32,000 nucleotides of DNA, taken from Candidatus Babelota bacterium (lineage in GTDB: Bacteria > Babelota > Babeliae > Babelales > Vermiphilaceae). The notes beneath the pieces were generated by a model, which was not told where the DNA came from, did no database searches, and saw nothing but the letters and a program-made list of their open reading frames with translations. How positions within the stretch are numbered: position 1 is the stretch's first letter; the number at the start of each line of letters is the position of its first letter. The stretch lies in contig JBDHVY010000001.1 of assembly GCA_039809905.1 (NCBI GenBank), forward strand, positions 450,001 to 482,000, given 5' to 3'. The position numbers and the translations under genes were made by a program. Below are positions 15,862-24,139 of the stretch, piece by piece.

Positions 15862-18394
15862 GATATTTATTCTTAAAAGAGTAGTACGTGAGTTTCACCG
15901 TTTCAGCAATTATCATGTTAAACATAATCACACCGATTAACCATGGCGCGTGTTCTAAACGCGGAGATGAGAATAAAAAGATTGTATGTCCAATAGTTGT
16001 AAAAGGTAAAATAAGAGCGGTTAAAACAACAAACAAAGAAAGCCCCATCAATAACCGTGATGGTCGATGAGCTCTGAAAAATAACATTGGCGCACGAAAC
16101 AAGAAAATAAAAATAACTTCTGAAATAGTACTAGTGATAAACCAACTTGTCTGTAATGTTTCAGGAAAATGGGATCGAAACACCAAAAAGATCGTAATAT
16201 CGGCAATAAACATAATAGTCCCAAAAAGCACAATTAAAATCGCAGCATCAGTCATATCATACGTGACCGGTTTTTGTACTTCTTGCTCACTAACATTATC
16301 GGTAGAGATAGCAATCATAGGCAAATCAGTCAGCAAATTTAAAAATAATAATTGCATAGGAAGCATTGGTGGATAATTCACTAAAAGCGAGGCTACTGCT
16401 AACGCATAAAAATGACCAAAACTAGGTGCATTAGTCATTTTCGTGTACTTCAGTGTATTAACAATAGTACGTCTTCCCTGCTCAATTCCTAAAATTACTG
16501 AACTTAAGCTTTTACGTAGCAAAATAATTTCAGCTGCTTCACGTGCAACTGAAGCAGCATCATTCACCGCAAAACTAACATGCGCCATTTTCAGTGCTGG
16601 CGCATCATTAATACCATCGCCCATGTAGCCAACAGAATATTTATCTTTTAAATGTTTAATAATTTCATATTTTTGTTCTGGATTTACTCGAGCAAAAATT
16701 GATCGGTTATGAGCTAAAAATATTTTTTCTTCTTCCGTAGCTTTTTCAAAATCAGATCCTAATACAACATTGTTAATATCTTCTTCAAGGCCAAGTTGTT
16801 GGGCAATAGTAAAGCAAACGTGTTTGCTATCGCCACTTAATATTTTTATATCAATTCCAAGCGATTTTGCTTTTTGTACCGTTGTTAATGCAGTGCTTTT
16901 GAGCGGATCTTGAAACGCAATTAAGCCAATTGTCTCATAATCATGATCGTCAGCAGTAATGTCGTAAGCTCCATTACCATAATCAGATATATTTTTAGTT
17001 GCTACTGCCAAAATACGATTTCCTTTTGATTCTTCTGTTTCAATCCATGAAGCTATAATATTTTTTTCTTCTTGATTTAAAAAAGAACATTTTTCTATAA
17101 CTACTTCCGGAGATCCTTTTATAATAAGCGTATGCACTCCTTCTTTCTGCACAAGCGCCATGCTTTGGCGTTTTTGTGGCGTAAAAGGAATATCTTTTAC
17201 CAATGTATGTTTCTTGCCATGTTCAGCATATTCCTGAGTTAATTTTTTTTGTAACGCTAACTCAAAACCTTTCGTAGCACTTTCTTTTGTTGCAGTTTGA
17301 GGCGGACAAGAAAGTACCGCATACATAATTATCTCATCAGGATTTTTAGCATAAATAGCATCGACAGTTAATGCATTTTCGGTGAGCGTTCCTGTTTTAT
17401 CAGTACAAAAAACTTCTATAGATCCCAGATCACCAATTGCAGATAACCGTTTTACGATAACATTATTTTTTTTCAGGGATGATGCACCCTGCGATAAACA
17501 AAAGGTAATAACCATCGGCAAACCTTCTGGTATTGCCGTAATGGTAAGCGCTGCAGCAAAAAGGAAGAAATCAACAAAATTAAGTTCACCACCATGCTTT
17601 ACAATGTGCACTAAAGCAGTGAGCAGTAAACTAAAAAAAATAAGATATATCGTAAATTTGGCAATAGAAACAGAACCTTTTTCAAGACTACTTTTAGTAA
17701 TCACCTGCGCCGTCAATGCTGCAAGTGTGCCAAGCGCACTTTGAGAACCAGTTGCAATAACAACACCGACACCTTTACCATGTGTTACCACGGTTCCCGT
17801 AAAACCAATATTTTCAGCTTTATACATATCGGTTATTGCTTCTTGCAATGGTTCAGCATGTTTAATAACAGCAATAGATTCACCCGTTAAACTCGATTCA
17901 TCAATGGTGAGATTATCCACTTCAATAAAACGACAATCAGCAGGAATAACATCTCCTGCTGAAAGTATTATAATATCTCCCGGCACTAATTGATTAATAT
18001 CAATATTTATTTCTGAGCTATTGCGGCGTACCGTAACTTGAGACATAAGACATTTTTTAAGAGCCTGCATTGCAGTATTGCTACGATATTCTTGGTAAAA
18101 ACCAATTCCTACATTCACTGCAATAATGACAAAAATGATGATACATTCAGCAATTTTTCCTGTGAACAAATATGCAAGACCTATCACAAAAAAAATACAC
18201 ATAAAAGGACTTAAAAGCTGGGCCTTAAGAACATCAAGCCATGTAATTTCTGTTTCTTTTATTTCATTTAAGCCATATTTCTTCAGACGATCAGCAACTT
18301 CATCCTGAGTAAGACCCTTGTGTATAGTTTTCAATTCCTTTAATGCATCTTCAATTGATAATGAGGTATATAAAGAAAAATTTTTACGTTCCAT
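15854..18394 (-). CDS. Cation-transporting P-type ATPase (P2-like, canonical PEGLP TM4 motif; Ca2+/Mg2+-type family)
   Basis: 846 aa. Motifs: GLTQDEVADRLKKYGLNE, LTGES, AIPEGLPMVITF, CTDKTGTLTEN, KGSPE, DPLK, ILSGDS, GDGINDAPALK. Its stop overlaps the downstream paralog's ATG by 8 nt (15854-15861). Confidence 0.9.
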   Translation of the reverse strand: MERKNFSLYTSLSIEDALKELKTIHKGLTQDEVADRLKKYGLNEIKETEITWLDVLKAQLLSPFMCIFFVIGLAYLFTGKIAECIIIFVIIAVNVGIGFYQEYRSNTAMQALKKCLMSQVTVRRNSSEINIDINQLVPGDIIILSAGDVIPADCRFIEVDNLTIDESSLTGESIAVIKHAEPLQEAITDMYKAENIGFTGTVVTHGKGVGVVIATGSQSALGTLAALTAQVITKSSLEKGSVSIAKFTIYLIFFSLLLTALVHIVKHGGELNFVDFFLFAAALTITAIPEGLPMVITFCLSQGASSLKKNNVIVKRLSAIGDLGSIEVFCTDKTGTLTENALTVDAIYAKNPDEIIMYAVLSCPPQTATKESATKGFELALQKKLTQEYAEHGKKHTLVKDIPFTPQKRQSMALVQKEGVHTLIIKGSPEVVIEKCSFLNQEEKNIIASWIETEESKGNRILAVATKNISDYGNGAYDITADDHDYETIGLIAFQDPLKSTALTTVQKAKSLGIDIKILSGDSKHVCFTIAQQLGLEEDINNVVLGSDFEKATEEEKIFLAHNRSIFARVNPEQKYEIIKHLKDKYSVGYMGDGINDAPALKMAHVSFAVNDAASVAREAAEIILLRKSLSSVILGIEQGRRTIVNTLKYTKMTNAPSFGHFYALAVASLLVNYPPMLPMQLLFLNLLTDLPMIAISTDNVSEQEVQKPVTYDMTDAAILIVLFGTIMFIADITIFLVFRSHFPETLQTSWFITSTISEVIFIFLFRAPMLFFRAHRPSRLLMGLSLFVVLTALILPFTTIGHTIFLFSSPRLEHAPWLIGVIMFNMIIAETVKLTYYSFKNKYHE

Positions 18395-18586
18395 TTTTTG
18401 ATTCCTTTTTTGGTAGTCAGTCTAAGTCATTTGAAACATTTGTTGCAAGGTTTAGTCTTATATTTGACGATCTCTCATAACAACATTTTTTTCTCTCTAT
18501 CTGCATATAACCTTTTTTTGTTTTTCCTCAAGTACGTTATATAATTGGAGATGGAGATAAATTCCACTATTTTGCAGGATTAACAA

Positions 18587-19660
18587 ATGAAAACAATTAA
18601 GATTGTTTTTTCACTCAATTGTTTATTCAGCTTAATGCCAACACTATTTGGAGCAGATAATAAAGTTTCATATAGACAAATGCTTCAACAGCACAAACAA
18701 CCTACATTTATATTAAAAAAAGATAGTCTTTTGTATTGGCATCCTGATGATACGCTTGCTATCATAACGAACAATTTGGATATTGAAATAATGGAACCTC
18801 TCTTGGATCTAAAATATGGCATACTTCAACAATTACAACAACGCGCCGTGATCAAAGAAATTGAAATTGAATTAGATGATCGCAATATGTACCAAGATCA
18901 GTTCCGAATAACAATGACAATTGAAAGCACAGTACAAAAATGCAAAAATATATATGATATCAGCGCTCCATATACTCACTACATCGTATCTCTCAGGAAT
19001 ACATACATAAATCCTACGTTAAAAAATATATTCTCTCATATTTTAAAAGATGGCTATTCAGACATTATTTTAGCTGATAGTTCAAAAACAGGAGTTTATA
19101 TGGGATTATCAAGTATTGTATCTGTAAAGTCTGTCAGTTCGTATTTAGAAAACCCTCAGCACATCTTCTACACTCTTGAAAATATATCTGCCGTAAAAAA
19201 GCCTTTTGGCCAAAATAATACCAATTCTGTTTGCAAGGATATACTTCTTACCCTCAAATCTATACATCATCAAAAATATTATCTAGAAGTTTCGGCTCTT
19301 TATCTTCCCTTTCTTTTGCCACGCATGTCATCTTCCATCAAACCAAATCATGTATCCGACTATGATCAAAAAGATCATTATTTTGTCAGGATTACAACTG
19401 AAAAGGGTACCTGTGAGTTTAAAATTAATGAAAGTGCAGAAATTAAAATATACGAAACATCAGTAGAACCAGATAAAAAAACATATGGTGAAAATGAAAC
19501 ACAACAAAAACCTATATTACCTCAACGAAGAACTCAAAAACTTAGTATTCCTACTAAAATCATGACAAAAAAATCTTTCTTTAATCTTTTTATAATAGGT
19601 TTAATAACAGGATTCTTTGGATCCTATGCATTATCAAAATTAATGAAGTGCTTAGCGTAA
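18587..19660 (+). CDS. Hypothetical protein with signal peptide and C-terminal transmembrane anchor
   Basis: 357-aa ORF, ATG preceded by AGGA. N-terminus MKTIKIVFSLNCLFSLMPTLFGA; C-terminus FFNLFIIGLITGFFGSYALSKLMKCLA. No family recognised. Confidence 0.6.
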   Translation: MKTIKIVFSLNCLFSLMPTLFGADNKVSYRQMLQQHKQPTFILKKDSLLYWHPDDTLAIITNNLDIEIMEPLLDLKYGILQQLQQRAVIKEIEIELDDRNMYQDQFRITMTIESTVQKCKNIYDISAPYTHYIVSLRNTYINPTLKNIFSHILKDGYSDIILADSSKTGVYMGLSSIVSVKSVSSYLENPQHIFYTLENISAVKKPFGQNNTNSVCKDILLTLKSIHHQKYYLEVSALYLPFLLPRMSSSIKPNHVSDYDQKDHYFVRITTEKGTCEFKINESAEIKIYETSVEPDKKTYGENETQQKPILPQRRTQKLSIPTKIMTKKSFFNLFIIGLITGFFGSYALSKLMKCLA

Positions 19661-19785
19661 TTATTAAAACTAATTTTACTTTTACTTTACATCTACATGT
19701 ATTTCATTCTAGGCTTTGCAACGAAATAAGCATAAATAATAACCCTTATTTTTTGTATAACAAACTTCGTTTATGTTCGCAGTTA

Positions 19786-19960
19786 ATTTCAAAATCTTTT
19801 ACGGGGACCTCAATAGCCCAATCTTCATTTCATTTTTATCCCCAATTTCGCCGAGTCTTCATTGGGGTCCCCGTACGAAGAATGAGGACGGGGTATAGGC
19901 ACCGATTCCGGAGGGTGGCGAAGGAATGAGTATAGAAGTATGGAGCATGGGGCTATAGTC
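19786..19960 (+). repeat. Intergenic structured repeat, copy C (full length, with extra internal GC-rich insertion), ending 4 nt before the ankyrin gene ATG
   Basis: ATTTCAAAATCTTTT-ACGGGGACC-TCAATAGCCCA...-CCCCAAT(19840-46)-TTCGCCGAGTCTTC-ATTGGGG(19861-67)-TCCCCGT-ACGAAGAATGAGG-ACGGGG(19888-93)-...-AGCATGGGGCTATAGT. Relative to copy B it carries about 21 extra nt (CACCGATTCCGGAGGGTGGCG). Confidence 0.75.
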
Positions 19961-19964
19961 GATT

Positions 19965-21755
19965 ATGAAAACAATAACTTTCTTTTTTTTTATCGCGATT
20001 ATAGCACATACAGCCTCATCATCAGCAATGTATTTTATTCGCCATAACAAAAATGCACAAGCTACAGAAAAATGTTATTGTGCAATTAAGGATAATAATA
20101 CCAAAAAAGTAAAAAAATATATTAAGCAAGGGGCGAATGTCAACTACGTACCTGAAACAGACAATCCCTTTAAACAAAATTTTCTACAACTTGCTCTATA
20201 TAAAAAAAGTATACCAATCATAGAATTATTACTCGGCGCAAATGCCATGAATGTCAACAGTCATCCTACTGGCAGTATGCCACCTCTCCATTATGGAGTC
20301 TTATCAGGTAATCCTGTTATCGTCAATTTATTGCTTAATCATCCAACAACAAATATCAACATTACTGACCATGATGGTTGTATTTGTCTATTCACCGCTT
20401 TTGATAGTATATCAGCCCATAATCGATTGATAGCAAAAGCCCTATTAGATAGAAAAATAGATATAACCATACCTAACCAAAAAGGCGATACAATACTTCA
20501 TTATGTTTGTAAAAAAGCATCTCTTGATTGGGTTAATCTTATTTTAACCACCGATAATCCATTACTTAATACTCAAGACACCTATGGAGATACTCCAGTA
20601 CATGTCGCGTGTTACATGAATGCTGCTTCTATTATACAAGCGATGTTATCAAGCAAACATTGTATTAACCTACAACTTCGCAACAAAAATGGACATTCAG
20701 TCATTGATATCGCTTTTTACCATAAATACGACGGTATTCTTTCTCTTTTTTTTGACAAACACTTTAAAGAACTTATGTCCGCATATCCCAAAGATCAAAG
20801 AATCTTTGATTTTGCAATACGCGCTAATAAACCGACAATATTAGAAAAAATACTGCCATCACGACATACTAATAGCTCCAACCAAGATGGCCTTACTCCC
20901 CTCATGATTGCAAGCGAAAAAGGACATAGTAAAATTCTAAAATTGTTACTTAAAGAAAAAAAATGCAAACCATTATTTAAAAATCAATTCGATCGAATAG
21001 CCCTGCATTATGCAGCTGAATATGGAAATCTTAAATGTGTTAAAATTTTATGCAACTATGGCGCTCTTAACCAACAAGATTATCTTAAAAACACCCCTTT
21101 ACATTTTGCCAGCGCACATAAACATATTGAGGTCATCGATTATTTGATTGAAAAAAAAGCAAAGCCATTGATAGGAAACAAAAAAGGTTTTATACCTCTT
21201 GTTATCATCTATAAAAACAATATTCAGAGTAATCTTAAAAAAACAACTTTAGATTATATGATTCATGCAAGAGATAAACAGCAGAATACATCATTTCATA
21301 TGCTGACTGAAATTAAGAATATTCTCTATGATTCTTACGATTATGATGATTTGCTGAATTTTCTTTTTGTTAATCATCTTGATATATATGCTCGAAACAA
21401 GAAAGGAGAAACAGTTTTCGATAAGATAAACACACAATATAACATATCATTTGTCTCATCCATAATGAAGCAAAGCTTTTTGCGCGTATCATCTGATCGT
21501 CTACCATGTGCCTTATTTAGGCAGATGTTGGATATAATTGCAATAAAAGATGTGTTTCCTCTTATTCTTATTTTTTATTATAAACTCAATATCGAAACCA
21601 TCTTTGCCAAAATATGTAAAAAAAATATAAATGATGACATTATGTCCCATCCTACACAAAGACTAAAAGAATTCAAAGCAAATTTATCCAATAATTTATG
21701 TTATTTTCCATTGTTATTCAGATCTGTAGAAGATTTTTATCAACGGCAAAAATAA
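19965..21755 (+). CDS. Ankyrin-repeat protein with N-terminal signal peptide (large member)
   Basis: 596 aa. Signal-like MKTITFFFFIAIIAHTASSSA. Multiple ANK units, e.g. DGLTPLMIASEKGHSKILKLLLKEK and DRIALHYAAEYGNLKCVKILCNYGALNQQDYLKNTPLHFASAHKHIEVIDYLIEKKA. The C-terminal region contains KLNIETIFAKI, related to the LNIET..AQK block of the next three genes. Confidence 0.85.
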   Translation: MKTITFFFFIAIIAHTASSSAMYFIRHNKNAQATEKCYCAIKDNNTKKVKKYIKQGANVNYVPETDNPFKQNFLQLALYKKSIPIIELLLGANAMNVNSHPTGSMPPLHYGVLSGNPVIVNLLLNHPTTNINITDHDGCICLFTAFDSISAHNRLIAKALLDRKIDITIPNQKGDTILHYVCKKASLDWVNLILTTDNPLLNTQDTYGDTPVHVACYMNAASIIQAMLSSKHCINLQLRNKNGHSVIDIAFYHKYDGILSLFFDKHFKELMSAYPKDQRIFDFAIRANKPTILEKILPSRHTNSSNQDGLTPLMIASEKGHSKILKLLLKEKKCKPLFKNQFDRIALHYAAEYGNLKCVKILCNYGALNQQDYLKNTPLHFASAHKHIEVIDYLIEKKAKPLIGNKKGFIPLVIIYKNNIQSNLKKTTLDYMIHARDKQQNTSFHMLTEIKNILYDSYDYDDLLNFLFVNHLDIYARNKKGETVFDKINTQYNISFVSSIMKQSFLRVSSDRLPCALFRQMLDIIAIKDVFPLILIFYYKLNIETIFAKICKKNINDDIMSHPTQRLKEFKANLSNNLCYFPLLFRSVEDFYQRQK

Positions 21756-21840
21756 TGATCAAATGCCTTTGCTTTTTCTTTACATATCCTCTATTTAATG
21801 TAAATATTTCCGAAAATACTACTTAAAGGATAAATATTAT

Positions 21841-22914
21841 ATGAAGCATATAAAAATAAAAATGTTTATCGCATTACTATTTCTGAGCAATGTCACCCTA
21901 GGCATGATAAGAAAAAATCCATCGCCAACTAATTATGCCCTTGAAGCAATAAAAAAGGATTCTCCCATTGAATTACATATTGCATCTATGTTTAATGCAG
22001 ATATGAGTTATAAGGATGACTATGGAAACAACTTACTATTATTAGCAATAAAAGAAGGAAAAGAGCACGCAGCTAATTATCTTTCTTCTCACCCATATTT
22101 TCAAAATAATGTAGTAATGGATGATCAAAATATTTTCGGAGAAACTGCTTTAATATGCTCATCATTACTCAATTACAAAACAACAATCTCAAATATATTA
22201 AAAATAAAAGATGTTAACCTTAACATACAAGATTATCGTCGCAAATCAGCTTTACATTGGGCTGTTTATCATTCAGACAATGATATTATTCGACTATTTA
22301 TAGAAAAGGGAGCTAATCCAACAATGCAAAACGAGCACGGAGCAACCGTTGCTTTTTATGGTGCTCTTAATAATCGCCATCTTGATCCACTAATTGCAGA
22401 AAAAATTATACTGGCAAAAGATACCTGTGGAAATACACAATTTCACTTACTTACAATGGCTAATATAAGAAAAATGACAGAAGAATCAGACACTACTCTT
22501 TGTGACTGGTTGTGTCATATTCTTAATAACTTCATAAGATATAACCTCAATTTCTTAAGTTTAAACAATTGTTGCCTGAACCCCGTAGAAACGGCATACG
22601 AGAAATATTGGAAATTATATTATAAGCACAAAACAAAAAAATCGTTTTGCTCAAAAAAACTGAATACTCAGGAAGAAATATTACATATTTTGTTACTGTG
22701 TTATTTCCAGCACAGACAAAATGATCCTTTTATTTCTTATTCTCCCTATGTACAGCAATTGAATATAGAAACAGCAATGGCACAAAAATACATCGGCAAT
22801 AAATCTTATTATCACTACTATACCATTGATACTAAAGATAAAATAAGACAAGAACTATGCGCTGATCAAACAAATATTCCAACAGTTTGGATACATCACA
22901 CTCAACAAAAATGA
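21841..22914 (+). CDS. Secreted ankyrin-repeat protein, tandem paralog 1 (C-terminally shortened)
   Basis: 357 aa. MKHIKIKMFIALLFLSNVTLG signal; ANK units (GETALICSSLLNYKTTISNIL..., SALHWAVYHSDNDIIRLFIEKGANPTMQNEHGATVAF); conserved C-terminal module EEILHILLLCYFQ...LNIETAMAQKY...IPTVWI. RBS AAGGAT-N10-ATG. Confidence 0.85.
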   Translation: MKHIKIKMFIALLFLSNVTLGMIRKNPSPTNYALEAIKKDSPIELHIASMFNADMSYKDDYGNNLLLLAIKEGKEHAANYLSSHPYFQNNVVMDDQNIFGETALICSSLLNYKTTISNILKIKDVNLNIQDYRRKSALHWAVYHSDNDIIRLFIEKGANPTMQNEHGATVAFYGALNNRHLDPLIAEKIILAKDTCGNTQFHLLTMANIRKMTEESDTTLCDWLCHILNNFIRYNLNFLSLNNCCLNPVETAYEKYWKLYYKHKTKKSFCSKKLNTQEEILHILLLCYFQHRQNDPFISYSPYVQQLNIETAMAQKYIGNKSYYHYYTIDTKDKIRQELCADQTNIPTVWIHHTQQK

Positions 22915-22922
22915 AGGATTAT

Positions 22923-24068
22923 ATGAAGCACATAAAAACAAAAATGTTTTTCACCTTATTTTTTATCGGTAATACCATCATAAGTATGGATATAATCAAG
23001 GTAGATAAAACACCATCGGTATCAACACAAAAAGCTATTGATGCAATAGAAAATGATTCACCTAAAGACTTAGCAGCAGCACTTGCAATGGGTGCAGATA
23101 TTAGTCATATAAGTAAACGTAACAATAATTTATTATTATTAGCAACAAGAAAGGGCAAAGAAAAAACGGCTCTCTATCTTGTTATTCAACCACATTTTCA
23201 AAATAATACCGTAATCAATGAACAAAATATTTTTGGCGAAACTGTTTTAATATGCGCAGCTTATCAGGGCTATAAAACATTGGTAGAAAATCTGTTAAAA
23301 ATAAAAAATATTAATCTTGATCTGCAAGATGTCCATGGCTATGATGCATTATTCACTGCGATCACACGAGAAAAAAGCGATATTACCAAATTACTTATGG
23401 AATATAATGCTAATCCAACAATTCAAAATGAACACGGAGCAACTACTGCTTTTTCTCGGAATATTCTTAGTAATTCAACAATTGATTCTTCAATAAGAAC
23501 AAAAATCATTAAAGCTAAAGATATTAATGGAAACTCTCAACTTCACCTGCTCGTAGCGGCAGATATAGGGAAAATGGCAAACACCTCAAAAAAAACCATT
23601 GATTCTTTATTTTCTAATATTCTTGAAAATTTAATAAAACATGGAACAAGTATATGGGAAATAAATAACTATAATATGCTTCCTGTAGAAACTGCATTTC
23701 AAAAATATAATGAATTACATCAACAATTCGCCTTAACAAAAAGATCTTATTTAAAAAAACGTTTAGACAATCAAGAAAAAATATTACATATTTTATTACT
23801 CTATTATTTAAAGGAAACATCAGGCAAACCAATTCTTATTTCAACACCATCACATACACACGGATTGAATATCGAAACAGTAATAGCACAAAAATACAAT
23901 CAGAATGAATGCTATTACAAAGATTATACTATTGAATATAAAGATAAACTAAAACAGCAACTCTGGGCTCATCAGATAAACATCCCCCCTGTTTGGATAT
24001 CACATGTTTACATTGCACCTACAATAATAGATGAATATGGTGATACCAATTATAATTCCTTGAAATAA
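22923..24068 (+). CDS. Secreted ankyrin-repeat protein, tandem paralog 2
   Basis: The paralog-conserved start MKHIKTKMFFTLFFIGNTIIS is at 22923; the ORF-track start 22887 lies inside paralog 1. ANK units (GETVLICAAYQGYKTLVENLL, DALFTAITREKSDITKLLMEYNANPTIQNEHGATTAF) and C-terminal module EKILHILLLYYLK...LNIETVIAQKY...IPPVWIS...EYGDTNYNSLK. Confidence 0.8.
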   Translation: MKHIKTKMFFTLFFIGNTIISMDIIKVDKTPSVSTQKAIDAIENDSPKDLAAALAMGADISHISKRNNNLLLLATRKGKEKTALYLVIQPHFQNNTVINEQNIFGETVLICAAYQGYKTLVENLLKIKNINLDLQDVHGYDALFTAITREKSDITKLLMEYNANPTIQNEHGATTAFSRNILSNSTIDSSIRTKIIKAKDINGNSQLHLLVAADIGKMANTSKKTIDSLFSNILENLIKHGTSIWEINNYNMLPVETAFQKYNELHQQFALTKRSYLKKRLDNQEKILHILLLYYLKETSGKPILISTPSHTHGLNIETVIAQKYNQNECYYKDYTIEYKDKLKQQLWAHQINIPPVWISHVYIAPTIIDEYGDTNYNSLK

Positions 24069-24139
24069 CAAAAGCTTGCGTACATTATGATTAAAAAAAA
24101 TAATTGCAGTATTCATTTTATAGAAAGGATGAATATCAC

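Noticed and set aside
13324-18394. Antisense or alternative-frame ORFs inside the P-type ATPase genes (e.g. 14026..14274, 14885..15214, 16134..16376, 17382..17744)
   Set aside because: They lie entirely within genes that have strong, motif-supported reading frames on the opposite strand, and their translations are low-complexity. The same reasoning applies to the short ORFs nested in gspF, priA, ddl, the ankyrin genes and the LigD genes.
19648-20050. ORFs 19648..19929 (+) and 19859..20050 (-) spanning repeat copy C
   Set aside because: Both run through the conserved non-coding repeat, which also occurs upstream of priA and ddl where these frames are not preserved. The minus ORF also overlaps the ankyrin gene start. 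They are artefacts of G/C-rich repeat sequence.
22887-24139. Longer N-terminal extensions of ankyrin paralogs 2 and 3 (ORF-track starts 22887 and 24104)
   Set aside because: All three paralogs align from MKHIK(I/T)K. Start 22887 lies inside paralog 1. Start 24104 is a TTG in spacer DNA that is homologous to the non-coding region after paralog 3.
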